DNA of 64,000 bases from contig OMIX01000089.1 of assembly GCA_900299195.1 (NCBI GenBank), positions 2,892-66,891 on the forward strand, read 5' to 3'. The position numbers were made by a program, and so were the translations under genes. The stretch is from Deltaproteobacteria bacterium. GTDB taxonomy: Bacteria; Bdellovibrionota; FAC87; UBA2466. Under the pieces are notes generated by a model that was not told the DNA's origin, made no database searches, and worked only from the letters and a program-made list of their open reading frames with translations. Of this stretch, positions 17,778 through 27,645 are shown piece after piece; the stretch's first letter is position 1, and every line of letters begins with the position of its first letter.

Positions 17778-19562
17778 ATGAACTCAAAAACACCCTTTTT
17801 GGTCTTTTACATGGGATTAATGACTCTGGCCCCGACTGGAACTTTGATTGCAGACCGCAGCTCTTCTCGCTGGGATAGACTAGAAAAGCAACTTAAAGAA
17901 GATTCCCATGACCCTGATTTCCCACAAAGAGTCAAAGAGCTTTCAGACTTTCTTAAGAAAACCCAGCGCCCTTCCTCGAAACAAAAAAACTCAAAAGATG
18001 CCCAAGATTGCGATTGCGAGCCAGAGTCTCTAAAGTCTCCGTTTCACAACCCAAAAACAGCAGATTTGAAACCTCACAACTCTTTAATTACGAATGCCTG
18101 CTTCGATTGTCACTCTTCCCCCAACAGTGGTTTTAAGCTAACTCCATGGATTGATGATAAACAGGAATGGGAGCGAAGACTCAAATCTACGACTGCAGAG
18201 GAAAAACTTGAAGCGGAGAAATTATTAGGTCAGCTTTATCGAACTTTGGTTGATGGAAACAACATGCCTCCTGCTAGCGAATCCACCCTTCGACAACAAT
18301 TTAAAAAACATCCGAACCATGCAACTTTTGTTTCATTTATCAAAGAAAAATTTGAACAACTGCCGCAAAATGCAGTCAATACTCAAACAAGAAAAGCTGC
18401 TTCCAATCGGGTATCAGTCATGGAAGAAAAACTTGAAAACCACTACCGCAGTCTATTACCGAAAGTATCAAGTCAAACGCTGAACAACTTGTTTTCCGAC
18501 CCTAACCTTATTTTTATGGATGAAACTCACTTGGTGGCTGGTTATCAAGATCCAAGCCCCAAGGCAATGGGAGAAAGAACGACAACTTTAGGTTTTAAGG
18601 GTGCGGGTTTTGCCAAAGATGCACCCTATTTGGATAGCAAGGGACATTTAAAATTATGGACGACAGGGTTTGGAGTGGATCAAAGCCCCAACCTTAAACG
18701 GTTCCACTTTTTACAACTTCCCCAAAATGAAATGGGCGAACTTCAAAAGATCAAGGTCTCAAGCCGAAGATCAGCGTCTCCAGATGACGGTATTGTTTAC
18801 GATTGGAAATTTCCCTTGGGAACCGTTTCTGGAGAAGTGATCGCTAGTGTAGACTCTGAAGGCAAAGAGCATGTTCTGGAAGTTAGATTACGAACGAAAG
18901 ATAATTCAGAAGGCCCCTGGGGTGCAGATATTTTCAGACCTTATCCCACCAAAACTATTTTAATGGATGAACTCCTGAAAATCTCTCAAAGCAATAGTCC
19001 GCTTGCATCCGAAGCGGACAGGGTGATGAAAGAGCTTAAACTTCCAGGAAGATTAACGCCACAAAGCTCCGGAATGCACGGCTACCAGAGAGGCGAACTC
19101 AATTCCGATGGTGGCACAGAAGTCTTGCCTGAAATGTCTGAAGCCTTAACAAAAAGATTACTTCAAGTCCCCTTTCAATCCTCACTCGGATCTGAATGGG
19201 ACAGAAATGAAAAAGTTAAAGCCTTTGGGGCAACTTCCGACCAACCTTTTAGTATCGTGCCTCAAAATAACACTGAGGGAAGTGTGCAAGTGGGGCGTGA
19301 AAGTTGCGGACGCTGTCATAAAAACAGTAACACACCCATCAGAGATTTTTTCAATCCCAACCACCCCAAATATTACTCTTCAATTGTGGCTTATGGAAAT
19401 ACCCCAGGCAGCGATCAGCAATTACGTTTCCACCCGTTTGACCAGGAATTGTTTAAATGGTTTGGAAATGACACCTACGAAAAAAAAATCGGAAAAGCGG
19501 ATAACCGAGAGTTTAATCCAGCACTCAAACCTATTTTGGAAATACTTCCGTCCAAAAAATAG
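17778..19562 (+). CDS. secreted protein with two c-type heme-binding motifs (putative diheme cytochrome/peroxidase-like)
   Basis: Signal peptide; two CxxCH motifs ('CFDCH' and 'CGRCH') about 400 residues apart. Confidence 0.5.
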   Translation: MNSKTPFLVFYMGLMTLAPTGTLIADRSSSRWDRLEKQLKEDSHDPDFPQRVKELSDFLKKTQRPSSKQKNSKDAQDCDCEPESLKSPFHNPKTADLKPHNSLITNACFDCHSSPNSGFKLTPWIDDKQEWERRLKSTTAEEKLEAEKLLGQLYRTLVDGNNMPPASESTLRQQFKKHPNHATFVSFIKEKFEQLPQNAVNTQTRKAASNRVSVMEEKLENHYRSLLPKVSSQTLNNLFSDPNLIFMDETHLVAGYQDPSPKAMGERTTTLGFKGAGFAKDAPYLDSKGHLKLWTTGFGVDQSPNLKRFHFLQLPQNEMGELQKIKVSSRRSASPDDGIVYDWKFPLGTVSGEVIASVDSEGKEHVLEVRLRTKDNSEGPWGADIFRPYPTKTILMDELLKISQSNSPLASEADRVMKELKLPGRLTPQSSGMHGYQRGELNSDGGTEVLPEMSEALTKRLLQVPFQSSLGSEWDRNEKVKAFGATSDQPFSIVPQNNTEGSVQVGRESCGRCHKNSNTPIRDFFNPNHPKYYSSIVAYGNTPGSDQQLRFHPFDQELFKWFGNDTYEKKIGKADNREFNPALKPILEILPSKK

Positions 19563-19600
19563 CTCAGTGTTTTTTGAGTTCTTTTTTTTAACTCAGGCTT

Positions 19601-20941
19601 TTAAAGTTCTGTAGCTTTTTCAAGCCGTTGAATCCGTTTCAAGAATGCCCCAGCTTGAAAGCGTAGCTTAGGAATCCAATAATAGGGTTTAAATTCTAAA
19701 AATCGTCTCTGATAGATCGATAGATATCTTTGTACTTGTTCTTGCGAATAAGCCAGTCCATTATCGGCATATTTACCCACATAAATCGAAAAGTCAGAAT
19801 TGAGATCTTGAGTCGTCCACTTCCCATTCAGAGTAACTTTCATAAAATTGCCAATTAATAAATCCTCAAAAATTCCAAGCTGAATCGAAAGCATGAGCGA
19901 ATTTCTTGGAACTTCAAAAGTGATTCCTCTTTGAAATTGTCTAGTTTTCCAAGTCACACGATTATCTACACCGCCAACCCGCACATTGATAAAATCTAAA
20001 TAGTTTCCAAGATGTTCAATCCGCTTAAAATACTTTTCGATCTGTTCAAAATCACCCTTGTGAAGGGGCTCATCCCAATCATCCCCAAATTCTTTACAAT
20101 TTCTAATTTTTATCGGCATAGATTCGGGACGAATTTCAATCCAGCTTTCACTATTAAAATCATACCGAATAAACGCCGGTAAAATCTGACTTATTTCTGA
20201 CTGATACCCTTCGTATAGGTCCTGCATCCTCCTGGAGTAATCATTGGCCCAAGCACTATCATTTCTTTGGAACGCATGGAAGGAACTACTAGGAACAAAA
20301 TACCGGGCTCCAAATCGCTCTGCCTTTTTTGCATTTTCGATACCCGCGGGCGGCCGATTCAAATACTCCTTTGGGACAATGAATTGTCCGTTCTCATCAT
20401 AGTAATTAAGCATATCGGCGATACCTAGCGATGAGATCGAGAAAAGAAATGAATTTTGATATTTTTTGCCTAAATTTTTGATGTAATGGTTTCTGCCAAA
20501 ATCAACAGCATCATTGCAGTTAATTAACAAATTATTTTTTACTTCAATAAGTAAAATCGAGTCCTGATACTGGTCTGACCAACATAAAACTCTGACATTC
20601 TCCGAAAGGGAATACCACTTTCTATCTTTGAGAACTGTAACATCATATCCTTCTGCTCTTAGACCAGAAGCAATGCGCCCTCCCACATGGTCTGCTAACA
20701 ATATCTTTCTGTCCTTGAATTTAGGAAGTGAGTCTGGGTTTAAGTGGTCTGGATGCCCATGCGAAAACCAAACATATTTTGCATTTAGGATCGATTCCAT
20801 CTGAACTTGGGGAATTTGGTAGTTACAAATCCAGCTACCAAAATAAGCGTCTGGAGTGATCCAAGGATCGGTCACTAAGATCGGGGCTTCATCGTGAACA
20901 ATGATGGTTGCATTACCAATCGTTTCAAATCCCAGCTTCAT
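19601..20941 (-). CDS. MBL-fold metallo-hydrolase
   Basis: 'HGHPDH' (HxHxDH) motif near N-terminus; 446 aa. Confidence 0.7.
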   Translation of the reverse strand: MKLGFETIGNATIIVHDEAPILVTDPWITPDAYFGSWICNYQIPQVQMESILNAKYVWFSHGHPDHLNPDSLPKFKDRKILLADHVGGRIASGLRAEGYDVTVLKDRKWYSLSENVRVLCWSDQYQDSILLIEVKNNLLINCNDAVDFGRNHYIKNLGKKYQNSFLFSISSLGIADMLNYYDENGQFIVPKEYLNRPPAGIENAKKAERFGARYFVPSSSFHAFQRNDSAWANDYSRRMQDLYEGYQSEISQILPAFIRYDFNSESWIEIRPESMPIKIRNCKEFGDDWDEPLHKGDFEQIEKYFKRIEHLGNYLDFINVRVGGVDNRVTWKTRQFQRGITFEVPRNSLMLSIQLGIFEDLLIGNFMKVTLNGKWTTQDLNSDFSIYVGKYADNGLAYSQEQVQRYLSIYQRRFLEFKPYYWIPKLRFQAGAFLKRIQRLEKATEL

Positions 20942-21013
20942 GAAGCCCCCTCAGAAAGTGAACATGAAACTCTATTATATTAGCTACGTTAGGGGCTCTC
21001 AAGTAGCCATTTC

Positions 21014-22471
21014 TTAAAGGTTCAAATCCTCAACGCGGGACGAGAGACTGCGAAGAAAATCTTCTAACGCAGCTATTTCATGTTCACTCAAATTCAATGG
21101 CTTTAGCGTTTCCTCTCTAAAACCTACTCCAGAATGAGTCTCCATTTTGTTGTAGTGCTCCAGGACTTCCCTTAAAGTCTTCAATCTACCATCTCTCATG
21201 TATGGAGCAGTCTCTGCTACATTTCTTAGAGTCGGGGTTTTGAACGAACCAATCGCCTCTGGAGTTTCACTGTCCAAGAAATTGAGATCCCGACAGCTTT
21301 CGCTTTTTTGTCTTGAAGAATCTTTCAAAAATATTCCTTGGCAATTAAATCGGTCTTTTTTGACGGTCAACACACCTAAACTTCTCCCTAAATCAAACGG
21401 AGCCTGGCTTTGCGGAAGTCCAATATTGTGAAATTGATTGTCTTTAAAGTAGGGACCACTGTGACAAACATGGCAGGCCCCTTTTCCTAAAAAGATTTGA
21501 AACCCTAGAAACTCAGAGAAATTGAATTTCTCACTAAAATGAACTCTGGGGTCCGGATTTGAACTCTGCATCCACCTGCGGATAAATTGATCGAAAGCAG
21601 AATCTCTGGCAACAATGCCCTTTTCAAAGGCTTCAAAAGCCAGTCCAACGTTTGAGAAAACCCTATCTAACTCAAATCTTTGTTCACGATTCATTCTCCA
21701 GTAGTTAACTGATAATACATCTCCTTTTTGTGGAGATTGATTTCTTAATTTCTGGCGGAACTGTCGGATTTGCTGGGGTGAAAGTGTCAATTCATTCGAG
21801 CCGATTTCAGAGAGCAACTTTGGATTATCTGCTGAAACCATCGTATTTCTCACTACCCCATCAGAAAATTGAGGGCGTTCCCGCAAGGGACGCGCTTTAA
21901 AAGGGAGTGCCTTTTCCAATATTTTTGGAAAGGGGCCAAAAAGATTTTCGTAATCACTACGGGAGTTGTTTAAAATCCAGAAAGCTAATTCGGAACGAGT
22001 CAACCCCTGTTCACCCTCATCCTCAATGGGATTCAACGATTGTGCCGCCAACGAATCGGTGCGACCATCCCAGTAAAACCAAAAACTTGAAAAACTATTG
22101 ATGATAGTTGGGGTATTACGATCTCGTTGAGTTAAACCCTGTGCAGTAGTTTTACCATCCGTAAAGGATAGTTCTGGTTTATGACATGTCGCGCACGAAA
22201 TTTTCCCATTCTTGGATAAGCCAGTCTCGAAAAATAATTTTCTACCCCAATGAGCTAGTTCCCGATCTCTAGGGGTCAACTCGGGATCTTGGAAAACAAA
22301 AAACTGAGCCAACTTCCTAAGTTCGTTATCTGCCAATGGCTTGTTACCCATGGCGTCCCTTAACAATCTAGCCTGCTCTTTGGGAATCATGATGTACCGC
22401 CTGATGCCCACCATCCCAAGGACAATCAAAATCCATAAAAATAAAGTCAGCGAAAGTTTTTTAGAAATCAT
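21014..22471 (-). CDS. diheme cytochrome c peroxidase (CCP/MauG family)
   Basis: Signal anchor; two CxxCH motifs ('CATCH', 'CHVCH'); length and spacing typical of bacterial CCP. Confidence 0.85.
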   Translation of the reverse strand: MISKKLSLTLFLWILIVLGMVGIRRYIMIPKEQARLLRDAMGNKPLADNELRKLAQFFVFQDPELTPRDRELAHWGRKLFFETGLSKNGKISCATCHKPELSFTDGKTTAQGLTQRDRNTPTIINSFSSFWFYWDGRTDSLAAQSLNPIEDEGEQGLTRSELAFWILNNSRSDYENLFGPFPKILEKALPFKARPLRERPQFSDGVVRNTMVSADNPKLLSEIGSNELTLSPQQIRQFRQKLRNQSPQKGDVLSVNYWRMNREQRFELDRVFSNVGLAFEAFEKGIVARDSAFDQFIRRWMQSSNPDPRVHFSEKFNFSEFLGFQIFLGKGACHVCHSGPYFKDNQFHNIGLPQSQAPFDLGRSLGVLTVKKDRFNCQGIFLKDSSRQKSESCRDLNFLDSETPEAIGSFKTPTLRNVAETAPYMRDGRLKTLREVLEHYNKMETHSGVGFREETLKPLNLSEHEIAALEDFLRSLSSRVEDLNL

Positions 22472-22887
22472 TTGTTATCAATGTTTAAAGGAGTTTCAAT
22501 TCGAGTGGTCCCTGTTTTATCCTTAATCAAAAACTGCAGTAACCAATTTCCCGGCATGTGAAACCTGACACCCTCCACCCGATACTCCAGCCTCGAAATT
22601 TTAATCACTTTGGCCTTAGTTACCATTCCATGGTTATGCTGGGGCATTCTGGCATCAAAGGTAAAATCGAGCACCTCCCCCGCCTGTTTCTCAATAGGAA
22701 GCAATGAAACTATCCATGTCGTATGCCGATTTAATTGAAATAGTTCAGCACCTTTTTCAGCTGCCTTGATAGATATTTGAAAGTTGGGAGTCCTCCATTC
22801 ATAAGCCAACCCCAGAGACGAAAAAAAACCAAAACTCATTATCCAAAGGCAACTGTAGCGGAAACAATTCAAAGATTTTTTCATCAT
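22468..22887 (-). CDS. small periplasmic His/Met-rich protein, putative metal-binding partner of the peroxidase
   Basis: Signal peptide; 'MPQHNHGM' and 'FHMPGNW' motifs; stop overlaps the CCP start (ATGA coupling). Confidence 0.5.
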   Translation of the reverse strand: MMKKSLNCFRYSCLWIMSFGFFSSLGLAYEWRTPNFQISIKAAEKGAELFQLNRHTTWIVSLLPIEKQAGEVLDFTFDARMPQHNHGMVTKAKVIKISRLEYRVEGVRFHMPGNWLLQFLIKDKTGTTRIETPLNIDNK

Positions 22888-22919
22888 AGTAATGATAATA
22901 TATCAGTCAGGATCTTAAG

Positions 22920-23978
22920 ATGACAATTCTACAAAAGAACAATTACCTGATTCGGTTTATTTGTTTTATATTCACATCGCTCTTTGCCTCATCAGCCCTT
23001 TCCAGTGATGGGCCTCAAAATAGTGGCCGTCTTCAATTGAAGGCCTCTCAGAACCACCAAGTCGAAGCTATCCTCCAAGTAGATCGGAAAGCGCTTCAAG
23101 AACTTTTTTCAACAGCTAATACAGAAAAAGCGGCTGAGTTTCTGAATTTCTTTTGGGTCAGTTCGCAAGAAGCTATCTGTCCAATGGCCTCCCCGTCTTC
23201 GTTGGCTAATGAAAATACTATCTCAACTACATTTATTCTGAATTGTCCTAAAGCTCCAGAACAACTTAAAATTCAACTCACCCAACTTGAATCACTGCCT
23301 AAGGGGTTCTCCCTAGGAGTAAGAACAAACTTTGAGCATTTTGTTTTGGATATTGATAATACCCAAAAAGAAACTTTTTTAAGTCCTTTTCAAATATTTT
23401 TTCGATCAGGTCTTTCGATATTTAGCTTTTTGGGAGCCCATTCCCAAGGATCACCGTTGGCTCTCTCACAACTTGGACGCCCGTTTCCGCTCTATTTTGG
23501 TGGGCTCAGTATTTTACCAGTGGGAATTTGGTGGCTTTTATTAGTGGCCGCGATTGGTGTATCAAATTTGAAATTTAAGCAAAAAGTATTAGCGGTAGGA
23601 ATGGCTATTTTTTTCTCGGGTTGGGTAGCTTACTTCATTTTGTTTTCTCAAATGTCACTCAGACTTCTTTCTGTTAACCAAATTAGTTTTAGTTACTTGG
23701 CCTGCATTTCCTATCTCACCTTTTTGAGTTTTCGAACCCCAACTGAGCAACAAAAGAAGGGGTGCCTGTTTTTGTTGATCGTACTTTCAATTTTTAGTGG
23801 ATTTGAATTTAGCCTGATGTTGAGATGGCTTGAAGGAAACCGGACAGTTCCTCTGGGAATTTGCATCTCGAGTTTTTTTGCTGGGCTCACACTCAACACC
23901 GCTATTCTCATGACTGCTTTTCTTATTTTAGGGTTTAGTCTTTATTCAGCGATAGCCTTGGCTTTTAAACTCATGTGA
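22920..23978 (+). CDS. hypothetical polytopic membrane protein with N-terminal periplasmic domain
   Basis: Signal peptide followed by a soluble domain of about 150 aa and at least 6 predicted TM helices. Confidence 0.45.
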   Translation: MTILQKNNYLIRFICFIFTSLFASSALSSDGPQNSGRLQLKASQNHQVEAILQVDRKALQELFSTANTEKAAEFLNFFWVSSQEAICPMASPSSLANENTISTTFILNCPKAPEQLKIQLTQLESLPKGFSLGVRTNFEHFVLDIDNTQKETFLSPFQIFFRSGLSIFSFLGAHSQGSPLALSQLGRPFPLYFGGLSILPVGIWWLLLVAAIGVSNLKFKQKVLAVGMAIFFSGWVAYFILFSQMSLRLLSVNQISFSYLACISYLTFLSFRTPTEQQKKGCLFLLIVLSIFSGFEFSLMLRWLEGNRTVPLGICISSFFAGLTLNTAILMTAFLILGFSLYSAIALAFKLM

Positions 23979-24057
23979 GCTCAGCCACTGTTTCTTTCTT
24001 TCGACCAGTAATAGGGATTAATACTTGGTTACTTTTGGTTTCAAAATAAAGAAAGTA

Positions 24058-25665
24058 TCAGGGGGTAGTGCTGCTCTTCTTAAAAATTAAGGAACGACTG
24101 CTGTTGTTTTTTATAAAATGATTCCCCTCAAAAGGTAATAAAGGTGATAATAAATTGAACGGACTAAGTCTTAACTCAATGGAATTGGCGGTCTCTCTGT
24201 TGCCAACGAGATAACGGTCTTTTTGATCTAAAAATAGAGCAATTCTTCCCGTATAAAAATCATAACTACCGCCTCGAAAGTCTTTGGCTGGCCAAAAGGA
24301 TTCGGTATGAATCATTCGTCCCACAAAATTCAATGGAGAAAATGGATTTTCCAAGTTGGAAGGTATTTTCTCAGCTGCGACTCCCACGTTAATTAACAAA
24401 TTATCAAAAGTATATGTACCGGAGAGAGACCCCACTGTAATTTTGTCGGTTGGAAGTTGAGGAAGTTTTGATTTCTGAAAGTAAAAAGTTCCCACCCTCC
24501 CAAAAAGTAGTGAATACCAAACCCCCTCGATAAAATCCTCATTAGCATTCGTAATTTCTAAGACCGCATCCATCTCGTTCACTTCAGTTAATGTGGGTTT
24601 GGCTAAGACAAAATGATTTGAATCTTCGGATAAAAAAACGGGGTCGTAGCGGTAAGTGAGAGCTTCTTGAGATTTAAAATCTCCAAAATAAAGTCTAAAC
24701 AAAGTTGAAAGCCCTATGGGTCCACCTTCGGTTTTTGGAGGCACTATAAAAAAATCTAAGTCAGCTGCTTGATACTCATTAAGCAACTCGTGATGAACAT
24801 ACCCTATGTAAGCGCCCTCCAACTTTCGAGGCTCGATAGTTCTTCTTTGGGAATGCTGGGGAAATTCAGAAGCGGTTGCGAAAAGTTGGGTATGAACCGA
24901 TGCATCCTCACTGGAAGTTTTTTTGTACTGACACGAACCACAGGTCATCCCAGATTCATTAATCAGACAATGCTGATTTTCATACCTACCAAAGAGATCT
25001 AGATTTTGGGTGTAGAAATTATAGGCTCCTGAGAAAAACAAGTTACGAACACAGTAATTGGTTTCCGTACATTGATTTGGGTTTTCAACTCCTATCTCGC
25101 CCACAATTTCATAGTCTGAAAAGGGATGGCCCGTTTTAGTCGTTTCTTGAATACTTCGATAAGTATAGAGCTGAAGCTTTTCTTTTTTGCCTGAGCAAAC
25201 TCCTTCATATTCTCCCCAAAGGGCATCTATCAGGGGATATTTCAGAGCCACTTTTCCATCTTTTCTTAAAATAAGTTCAGGGTGATCCGTAGTGAAGCTC
25301 GTTCGCAAAGTTCCTTTGAGCTCTTCTTCAGAAAACTTAGGAAAGGAAACACTAACCTCTTGATTGATTTGGTCAAAGACTAGCCAATCTCCATGAAGAT
25401 GAGCTGTATCAAAGTGAAAAGAAACATACTCCCGGCTTTTTAAATCACCAAAATAGAACTTGAGAAGCCCTAACCAACTGGAAGGCACTTCAGATTGCGG
25501 ATTAGCTACCAAATCCAAAGTGACATATTGGTCCCTCTGAATCGAATGATGACGAAGGACTCCAGTATATCGAAGTGAAGGAAGAGACGCTCCGGGAGAG
25601 GCAATAGTGAGCAACAATCCTAAAATAAATGATAGTTTGAATTGTTTTTGGAACGTCATTCTCAA
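24058..25665 (-). CDS. hypothetical secreted protein with internally duplicated domain (535 aa)
   Basis: Signal peptide; two homologous halves ('LLKFYFGDLKSREYVSFHFD' / 'LFRLYFGDFKSQEALTYRYD'). Confidence 0.5.
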   Translation of the reverse strand: MRMTFQKQFKLSFILGLLLTIASPGASLPSLRYTGVLRHHSIQRDQYVTLDLVANPQSEVPSSWLGLLKFYFGDLKSREYVSFHFDTAHLHGDWLVFDQINQEVSVSFPKFSEEELKGTLRTSFTTDHPELILRKDGKVALKYPLIDALWGEYEGVCSGKKEKLQLYTYRSIQETTKTGHPFSDYEIVGEIGVENPNQCTETNYCVRNLFFSGAYNFYTQNLDLFGRYENQHCLINESGMTCGSCQYKKTSSEDASVHTQLFATASEFPQHSQRRTIEPRKLEGAYIGYVHHELLNEYQAADLDFFIVPPKTEGGPIGLSTLFRLYFGDFKSQEALTYRYDPVFLSEDSNHFVLAKPTLTEVNEMDAVLEITNANEDFIEGVWYSLLFGRVGTFYFQKSKLPQLPTDKITVGSLSGTYTFDNLLINVGVAAEKIPSNLENPFSPLNFVGRMIHTESFWPAKDFRGGSYDFYTGRIALFLDQKDRYLVGNRETANSIELRLSPFNLLSPLLPFEGNHFIKNNSSRSLIFKKSSTTP

Positions 25666-25748
25666 GCTCCCAAAGGTCTCGGACAGAGTTCTAAAACATT
25701 TTGGGATTTAGATTCAACTTTAAAAAACTGAATAACAAGTTCTTAAAG

Positions 25749-26123
25749 CTAATGTGAGTTAGCTGCGCCTACACACTTGAGATCGGCTAATTCTCTAGGT
25801 CCTGCAAAAGTGGTTTCAGATAATTTTCCGTTCATATCCACTCCTGGAAGCTCCAGCTTAATCGTTGCAAAAAATCCTGCATCAGCCACACGTTGAGCTG
25901 TTCGACAATTTAAGAAGGCTTTTAACGTGTGGTCGGAGGGTTTGGGATATACAACGTTACATTTCATGTTTCCAAACTCGATATCCTCACCATTCACAGT
26001 AAGTTTAGCAGTTTGATGATTAGAGCTAACCTTGAGGTTCCATTTTCCACCACTGCAAAAAATAGGGGCTCCGAAAGAAAATTGAGATACGACCATGAAT
26101 CCCATTAACAAGTAAGTTTTCAT
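25749..26123 (-). CDS. small secreted Cys-containing protein (124 aa)
   Basis: Signal peptide, 6 Cys, no motif. Confidence 0.4.
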   Translation of the reverse strand: MKTYLLMGFMVVSQFSFGAPIFCSGGKWNLKVSSNHQTAKLTVNGEDIEFGNMKCNVVYPKPSDHTLKAFLNCRTAQRVADAGFFATIKLELPGVDMNGKLSETTFAGPRELADLKCVGAANSH

Positions 26124-26400
26124 AAGTACTCCTTAAAAAAGTTACCCCTTTCTAACAGAAAATAACACATTGCGCAACCTGCGCTTTAAGGAATGCTGAC
26201 CTTCCCCCTTAATTAGTGTCAGTTTATGGCTTTAATTACAGCTTACAAGAGCACCACGGCTACTCTTCAACCTTGGTACTGTGAAGGAAATTTTTTGAGA
26301 GCCTCAGCGTAGGCAGGAGTAAGTCGTAAAAAATAATGTCCATTAATATTTTGCACTTCGCCCTACTCCAATGCTCAACATGACAAATTGTTTTTTGTAA

Positions 26401-27645
26401 TCAGTGCTGCGCTGAATGTTCTGTAGCGAGTCTAGCAAAAGATTTCAAACAACGTCGGCTGCCCAAATTAAAGACAAGACTTTCATCCCGAGTTGGCTCC
26501 CCACTGACAAATTCATTAAGATTCTCTTTGTCGAGTAAGCCGGTATTTTGATAAGCCTTGCCGAAGGTCTCGGGAAATGCTTTAGCCACGGCATGAACTC
26601 GTTTGACGGGATCTACTTTAAAAGCACTTTCTAAAAACCGTTCCTTTTCCTTATCCAACTCCGTAGTTGGCGGAAGGAGCTCCCTGAGTTTGGAATTGAC
26701 GAAAGATTCGAAGTCGGTTGCTGCCCGCTTGTTCGAAAGTAATAGCCGAGTGCCCCTTGAGAATAAATCATTAGAATCGACTGAAGAGTTTTTAAATTGA
26801 ATCTGGAAATACATTAACAATAGCGGTTTTCTAAAAAGTTCATGACTGATGGATTGCGCCTGTGAAAACAAATCCTCTGAAGGAACATTTGAGAGCCTTT
26901 GTTGGTAATGTAAACGCTCCGGTGCTGCATAGGACGGAGTAAACATGATGACCTTGGATGTTCCAGTCTCAGAGACACTATCAAGATCCCCAAGCCTTGC
27001 TTGGGCACCCATTATGTTATTACTTTTTAAAAGAAAGTAATTGGAAGGCTTAATGTCTCCATGAACAAGATTATTTGAGTGAAGCGCAAGAAGAGCCCCT
27101 TGACCAGCAAGAAATAAAAGATCAGAACGAATAATTCTTTGGTCTTCAGATAGCCTTTCTGGTTTTTTTGTCTCAAAGGTTCCTTTGGCAAGTGTGGAAC
27201 GGACGACGAATTCAGAACCTTCATATGCGTGCTGCTTCAACCACACTTCTTGAGTGGGTTCATAATTCAGAAAGAAACTCGGATTTGAATCCATTAACTT
27301 GCGATGTTGCGGGCTTCCGTAAAACTGTAAGCTATCTTTACCAGACAGTATTAAGTTGTTCTTTTGATCGCGTATCGGCCTGGCGAATTTCATCGCTTGG
27401 ATCTGTTTGGATCGAGCGCATCCCGAAAGGCACTCCACCTGGTAAACCTCGCCGGAACTACCCTTTCCTAGTATCTTAATAATTTTATACTCGCGATTAT
27501 CTTTATCCACCCAAACTTCCCCGGGTTGGACGGCGTGAATAGTTTTGTAGCACCCAACGAGAAAAAAGAATGTTAAAATAATCCCGAAGCCGAACTCTCG
27601 ACCTTTTTCTAGCGACCGTGCAGTCTTGTGGAGCTCAGGGCGCAT
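26401..27645 (-). CDS. Hanks-type Ser/Thr protein kinase with N-terminal signal anchor
   Basis: Gly-rich loop 'GKGSSGEV', 'AMK' lysine, catalytic loop 'HGDIKPSNY', 'DLD' in place of DFG, 'APE' motif; hydrophobic N-terminal segment after a basic stretch. Confidence 0.7.
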   Translation of the reverse strand: MRPELHKTARSLEKGREFGFGIILTFFFLVGCYKTIHAVQPGEVWVDKDNREYKIIKILGKGSSGEVYQVECLSGCARSKQIQAMKFARPIRDQKNNLILSGKDSLQFYGSPQHRKLMDSNPSFFLNYEPTQEVWLKQHAYEGSEFVVRSTLAKGTFETKKPERLSEDQRIIRSDLLFLAGQGALLALHSNNLVHGDIKPSNYFLLKSNNIMGAQARLGDLDSVSETGTSKVIMFTPSYAAPERLHYQQRLSNVPSEDLFSQAQSISHELFRKPLLLMYFQIQFKNSSVDSNDLFSRGTRLLLSNKRAATDFESFVNSKLRELLPPTTELDKEKERFLESAFKVDPVKRVHAVAKAFPETFGKAYQNTGLLDKENLNEFVSGEPTRDESLVFNLGSRRCLKSFARLATEHSAQH

